In this document: positions 59,719 to 64,000 of the stretch, one piece after another
Position numbering within the stretch: the first letter of the stretch is position 1
How the letters are laid out: each line of letters starts with the position of its first letter
NCBI GenBank assembly: GCA_963831855.1
Contig: CAWHSA010000006.1
Location: 225,843-289,842, forward strand
Direction: 5' to 3'
Length of the DNA: 64,000 nt
From: an uncultured Bacteroidales bacterium
GTDB taxonomy: Bacteria > Bacteroidota > Bacteroidia > Bacteroidales > VadinHA17
Position numbers and translations under genes: made by a program
Notes under the pieces: model-generated
What the model was told of the DNA's origin: nothing
Databases searched by the model: none
What the model saw: the letters and a program-made list of their open reading frames with translations, nothing else

Positions 59719-60340
59719 GCATTTCGGGCAAACAGGCAACCTGTTGATATATCGAAATACTTACAATCATTATCCTTCAATGCAGGCTGCAAATCAACTT
59801 TCGATTTCAAAGTTTCGGCACCTGTTGATTTATCTTCACTTACAAATGATGCTAACCTGATCCTGCAAAGAATTGCAGATACACTGTTATATAATACAGC
59901 ACCACAGGTGCTTTATCAATACAGTCAGGAAATACAGTCAATCTGATAATACTGTAGGATTTAGAGCCAGAAAGAGCAATCACTGCAGACAGGATTGACA
60001 ATCGGATCAACCTATGTTTATTATATCCGGAAGCGGAATTCATGAAGGTGGCTGTTATGATATTTCATCAGGCAGTTTCACTGCGCCGTCATCAGGTATA
60101 TATTCATTCTTTATAACATATAAAGCAGACGGTTCTGGAAGCTGCACGAATTCTAGACCTTACTGAAAAATGAATCTGTTTATGAGGTTCTGGGTACCGG
60201 ATATTACGGCTGGAAGCGAATTATTTAAATGGGTGACACATGAAGCTTGGATCAGGGGAACGTTATTAAACTTGACAATAAATACCGGCATGTCAACATA
60301 TTCCGGGACAGGTTCATTTCTGGGTTACAAGGTTAATTGA
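59719..60340 (+). pseudogene. Frameshifted remainder of the collagen-like gene, ending in a C1q/TNF-like globular domain
   Basis: Manual three-frame reading gives pieces that fit together only across frames. These are QSLSFNAG / NQLSISK / SAPVDLSSLTNDANL, then VGFRARKS..., EGGCYDISSGSFTAPSSGIYSFFITYKADGSGS, NESVYEVLGT and SELFKWVT...TINTGMSTYSGTGSFLGYKVN* (stop at 60338-60340). The G.FTAP..GIY.F pattern is C1q-like. Confidence 0.55.
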
Positions 60341-60460
60341 ATTTATTTTACAAAGTTTTTCCTGAACATTAACACCCCCTTGCCCTTCGGGCCCTCCCCC
60401 TGCCAGGGCTATTCTTTATACACATCTATCTAATATAGATTTATATAGATTGTTTAGGAG

Positions 60461-60546
60461 TTAAAGCCGGAGGCTTTAAAGTCTAATATCCATGGTTACA
60501 TCCGGGGTATAGGTCATTTCATAAGTCTCAACCCCGGAGCGGGTTG
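60461..60546 (+). repeat. Two hairpins upstream of the truncated IS200-like gene
   Basis: The hairpins are ttaaagcc-gga-ggctttaa (60461-60479, 8-bp stem) and caaccc-cggagc-gggttg (60529-60546, 6-bp stem). IS200/IS605 and RAYT genes are normally flanked by such subterminal hairpins. Confidence 0.4.
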
Positions 60547-60603
60547 AAGTTGATAATCTGAAAATTCTGTTATAAATTTATATCGTGCTAAAAAGTGGAG
60601 AAT

Positions 60604-60909
60604 ATGTCAACATACACTCAATTTTTATATCAGCTTGTTTTTGGAAGCAAGAATCATGATCCATTCTTATCGTCCAAAAATCAGGAAATCCTTTTTGGAT
60701 ATATTGCAGGAGTACTTAAAAAGAAATCGTGTCACTCTTATATAGTCGGAGGGGCAATCAATCATATCCATATCATTACACATATTCATCCTGCAGTATG
60801 TCCTTCTTATCTCATTAAGGATATAAAAGAAGCCACTCATGCACTGATATGCAGGGAGAGATCTTTATTTCTTGGTTTTTCCGGTTGGCAGGTCGGGTGT
60901 GGAATTTAA
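60604..60909 (+). mobile_element. Truncated IS200/IS605-family TnpA (Y1/HUH) or REP-associated tyrosine transposase (RAYT)-like gene
   Basis: The sequence is MSTYTQFLYQLVFGSKNHDPFL...YIVGGAINHIHIITHIHP (HUH motif HIH)...GFSGWQVGCGI*. The N-terminus matches the very common Bacteroidota transposase-like family (MSTYTQILYHIVFSTK...). It stops at about 100 aa, before the helix that carries the catalytic Tyr. Confidence 0.65.
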
Positions 60910-61195
60910 AGATTGGAATTTGATGCCGCCGGCATCTTTACTTTAACAACCCGATTGTCGCCGTTTCAATCATTAAATATTTTACATTTTAATGAAATTT
61001 TATCCTATTCCTTAAGTCGAAACAATGTACTTTTCGATTCTTGTCTGTTATACAAACCTGGAGATGTGTATAAAAAGTAGCTGTCAGCGGTAGCAAATAT
61101 TTCATATCTGTCTGAATTACAATAAGATACCAGAGTTTTTTCCTCCTTGAAGGAGGAGCCAAAAGGTGGTAGACCTTTATCCGGAATTATTTAAC

Positions 61196-61203
61196 TAAAT
61201 TTG
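61196..61203 (+). promoter_or_regulatory. Candidate -7 box (TAAATTTG) for prfB
   Basis: It matches TAnnTTTG and ends 15 nt upstream of the prfB ATG at 61218. Confidence 0.4.
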
Positions 61204-61217
61204 CCAAAATATATTCT

Positions 61218-62307
61218 ATGATCACCAACGACCAGGTAAAAGATTTGGCGGAACGCCGTGATGCGTTAAGGAGGTATCTTTGACATTGATGGAAAGCTTA
61301 AGCTCATAGCTGAAAAGCAGGAAACATCACAACAGCCGGGCTTCTGGAACGATCCGAAGGAAGCCGAAGAACTCCTGAAAAGCATATCATTTCTTAAAAG
61401 CTGGACAAATGAATTTGAAAAAGTAAGCTCCGCAGTCGATGACCTTGGGGTGATATATGATTTTTTCAGGGAGGGAGAAGCATCTGAACAGGACCTTGAA
61501 AATCAATATAAAAACTCCCTTTCAGCCACAGAGACGCTTGAAGTGCGAAATATGCTGAGGAAGGAGGAAGACCAGCTTGGCGCCATTCTGAAAATCAACT
61601 CCGGGGCAGGAGGAACTGAAAGCAACGACTGGGCAGCAATCCTCATGAGAATGTACCTGCGGTGGGCAGAAAGATATAATTACAAAACAAAAGAGCTAGA
61701 TTTTCAACCTGGTGATGAGGTTGGGGTAAAATCGGTTACAATTGAGATCGATGGCGAACAGGCCTATGGATATCTAAAAAGTGAAAACGGGGTCCACCGC
61801 CTGGTAAGGATCTCACCTTTCAATGCTCAGGGGAAACGCCAGACTACCTTCGCTTCGGTATTTATCTCACCGCTTGTTGATAATAATATTGAAATAGAGG
61901 TGAATCCTTCTGATATTACATGGGAGACATACCGGTCGAGCGGTGCAGGCGGACAGAATGTTAACAAAGTAGAGACAGCGGTACGGCTCAGACACCACCC
62001 GTCAGGTATTGTAATAGAAAACCAGGAGACCAGGTCTCAGCTTAATAATAAGGAGAATGCCATGCGGATCCTTAAATCCCAGCTTTATGAGATTGAACTG
62101 AGGAAGCAGCATGAAGAGCAGGCAAAAATTGAGGGTGAAAAGAAAAGAATAGAATGGGGCTCCCAGATCAGATCCTATGTTCTTCATCCGTATAAGATGG
62201 TCAAGGATCTCCGGACAGGGTATGAGACAGGAAATGTACAGGCTGTTCTTGATGGCGATCTGAACGATTTTATAAAGTCTTACCTTATGGAATTTGCGGG
62301 AAAATGA
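61218..62307 (+). CDS. prfB: Peptide chain release factor 2, with a programmed +1 ribosomal frameshift at 61278-61284
   Basis: Frame 0 reads MITNDQVKDLAERRDALRRYL then TGA (61281-61283). The site AGGAGG-TAT-CTT-TGA-C equals the classic RF2 shift site (internal SD, 3-nt spacer, CUU UGA C). The +1 frame continues DIDGKLKLIAEKQ... into track ORF 61450..62307, with the motifs SGAGGQNVNKVETAVRL (GGQ) and SPF. Confidence 0.95.
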
Positions 62308-64000
62308 ACACCCGGGAGAAGCTATTCGAAGATTTCCCTCCTGTGTCTGCCACCGAATGGATGGAAAAGATCAAAGCCGATCTTAAGGGCGCCGATTTTA
62401 ATGACAGACTTGTCTGGAAGACTGATGCAGGTTTTAATGTCATGCCTTTTTACAGAAAGGAAGATATTGAAAATCTGAAATTTATAGATACGTTTCCGGG
62501 TGAATTCCCTTTTGTAAGAGGGAAAAAGACCAACACCAATGACTGGAAAATAAGGCAGAATATCACTGTTGCTGATTACCGTCAGGCAAATAACAAGGCG
62601 CTTGATATTTTATCGAAAGGGGTAGATTCCCTGGGTTTTTTTATTGCTGACCCTGAATCAGCCGATGCAGCAAATATTGGCATGTTATTAAAAGATATTG
62701 TTCCGGAAGCTGTTGAACTTAACTTTCTTTCTTATGGGAGAGCGGCAGAGATAGCGGATCTGGTCATAAATCATCTTAATAAAACAGGTATAGATCCCGG
62801 CAATATATACGGGGCAATTGAAGCTGACCCATTGAGCCGGCTCATGATTAACGCCACGCTTTGTATACCAGTCGAAAAAGGATTTGACTACCTGGCTGAT
62901 GTAGCCCGTAAAACCTTCCCGCTTCCAGGATTTCGTGCTGTCCATATAAATAGTTCCAATTTCAGTAATGCAGGAGCGGATATCGTAAAAGAACTGGCCT
63001 TCGCCCTTTCGATGGGAACAGAATATTTATTCCGGCTTACAGACCGGGGAATTGAATCTGGGACTGCAGCTTCAAAGATCAGGTTTTCCTTTGGCACCGG
63101 ATCTGAATTCTTTCCTGAGATTGCCAAGCTGAGAGCAGCACGCCTTTTATGGTCGGCAATCCTTTTCAAATTTGGGATCGGCCCGGACAGGATGACGGGA
63201 ATGGAAATTCATTGTGTAACGGGCCAATGGAACAAATCTTTGACCGATCCGCACATGAATATGCTCAGAACACAAACTGAGGCTATGGCAGCTGTGCTGG
63301 GCGGAGCTGATTCACTGACAGTTGAGCCTTCGGACATTGTCATGAGAGAACCGGATGAATTTTCGGAAAGGATAGCCCGAAACCAGCAGCTTATTCTCCG
63401 TGAGGAAGCCTACTTTGGTAAAGTGGCTGATCCGGGAGGGGGATCCTATTATATAGAGAACCTGACACACCTGATTGCAGAGAAGAGCTGGGAGCTGTTC
63501 CTCGAAATTGAAAAAAGGGGAGGTTTTCTTGAATCACTGAGAAAAGGATTTATTTATGGGAAGCTGAGGGAATCAGCTGAAAGAAGGAAGAAAAACTTTG
63601 CCGGGAAAATGATTGTATTTCCTGAATTAAGGAAGGAACCGGAATTAACTGATCGCTTACCCGCCGGGACGACAAGACCTGAATTTAGTCAAAGTGATTT
63701 AAACTCACTGAAGCCCCGGAAGAAGGATTTCAGAAAAAGAGAGAATACCGGTCATATTGGAAAAGAGTGGCTGACTGCTGAACAGATAAGTGTAAAAAGC
63801 GCATATCGACAGGCAGATCTTGCAGGGATGGAGCATCTTGACTTTGCGGCCGGCATACCGCCATTCCTTAGAGGACCATATTCCGGCATGTATACGATGC
63901 AGCCCTGGACCATAAGGCAATATGCAGGTTTTTCGACGGCAGAGGATTCCAATGCCTTTTACAGGCGCAATCTTGCCGCCGGCCAGAAAGGTCTCTCTAT
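62304..64000 (+). CDS. mutA/mutB: Methylmalonyl-CoA mutase: a small-subunit-like region (MutA) continuing without a stop into the N-terminus of the large subunit (MutB). It is partial at the right edge.
   Basis: The ATG at 62304 overlaps the prfB stop (ATGA). The MutA-like start is MNTREKLFEDFPPVSATEWMEKIKADLKGADF. I translated 63531-63770 by hand in the same frame with no stop. From about 63765 the sequence is MutB-like: EWLTAEQISVKSAYRQADL...PPFLRGPYSGMYTMQPWTIRQYAGFSTAEDSNAFYRRNLAAGQKGLS. No plus-strand ORF is listed here in the track, as expected for an ORF with no stop in the window. Confidence 0.85.
   Translation, partial: MNTREKLFEDFPPVSATEWMEKIKADLKGADFNDRLVWKTDAGFNVMPFYRKEDIENLKFIDTFPGEFPFVRGKKTNTNDWKIRQNITVADYRQANNKALDILSKGVDSLGFFIADPESADAANIGMLLKDIVPEAVELNFLSYGRAAEIADLVINHLNKTGIDPGNIYGAIEADPLSRLMINATLCIPVEKGFDYLADVARKTFPLPGFRAVHINSSNFSNAGADIVKELAFALSMGTEYLFRLTDRGIESGTAASKIRFSFGTGSEFFPEIAKLRAARLLWSAILFKFGIGPDRMTGMEIHCVTGQWNKSLTDPHMNMLRTQTEAMAAVLGGADSLTVEPSDIVMREPDEFSERIARNQQLILREEAYFGKVADPGGGSYYIENLTHLIAEKSWELFLEIEKRGGFLESLRKGFIYGKLRESAERRKKNFAGKMIVFPELRKEPELTDRLPAGTTRPEFSQSDLNSLKPRKKDFRKRENTGHIGKEWLTAEQISVKSAYRQADLAGMEHLDFAAGIPPFLRGPYSGMYTMQPWTIRQYAGFSTAEDSNAFYRRNLAAGQKGLS

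Noticed and set aside
58969-60340. Collagen-like gene as a phage tail fibre marking a prophage
   Set aside because: There are no capsid, terminase, portal, integrase or other phage genes in the flanks. The neighbours are a T9SS-sorted protein and housekeeping genes.
61135-61165. Hairpin tcctcc-ttgaa-ggagga upstream of prfB as an intrinsic terminator
   Set aside because: The T run lies 5' of the stem on the plus strand, and an A run follows it on the minus strand. Neither orientation has the stem followed by a U tract, and no upstream gene needs termination there.
62304-64000. Interpretation of the fused mutase ORF as IcmF (isobutyryl-CoA mutase fused)
   Set aside because: IcmF is defined by a MeaB-like G-protein domain with P-loop motifs. 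I saw no GxxGxGKS/T motif in the visible part, and the N-terminal region looks like a MutA small subunit instead.

Overview
This is a Bacteroidota-type chromosomal segment. The evidence is a SusC/SusD pair, a T9SS C-terminal sorting domain, TAnnTTTG -7 promoter boxes, almost no Shine-Dalgarno use, and many secreted lipoproteins. Most of the window is carbohydrate-utilisation and outer-membrane functions: a GH140-like enzyme, two tandem multidomain GH3 paralogs, SusC/SusD, two GH43-like enzymes, GH92, GH97, TonB-dependent receptors, TonB and ChaN. The right third holds housekeeping genes: rnhA, rnhB, an S46 peptidase, prfB with its programmed +1 frameshift, and mutA/mutB. I found no rRNA, CRISPR array, integrase, prophage or recognisable defence system. 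The most unusual items are listed below.
1. A promoter-proximal, tRNA-Cys-derived element lies in tandem with the intact tRNA-Cys and carries a hairpin module in every tRNA loop (40551-40714).
2. A CuA-like cupredoxin is fused to a NapH-type polyferredoxin membrane protein, next to TPR and FG-GAP proteins (9917-15277).
3. An ArsR-controlled mini-operon encodes an extremely methionine-rich protein (39146-40406).
4. A C-rich tandem array faces inverted G-rich copies between two genes (55156-55446).
5. Several families of REP-like hairpins occur together with a truncated IS200/RAYT-type gene.
6. The density of frameshift-disrupted genes is high: SusC, a DUF6057-like gene, a DUF5916-like gene, a collagen/C1q-like gene, and the GH92 5' end. 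This means either real gene decay or indel errors in the assembly.
7. mutA and mutB are joined in one continuous reading frame.
All family names come from motif recognition by eye and memory. No database search was run.
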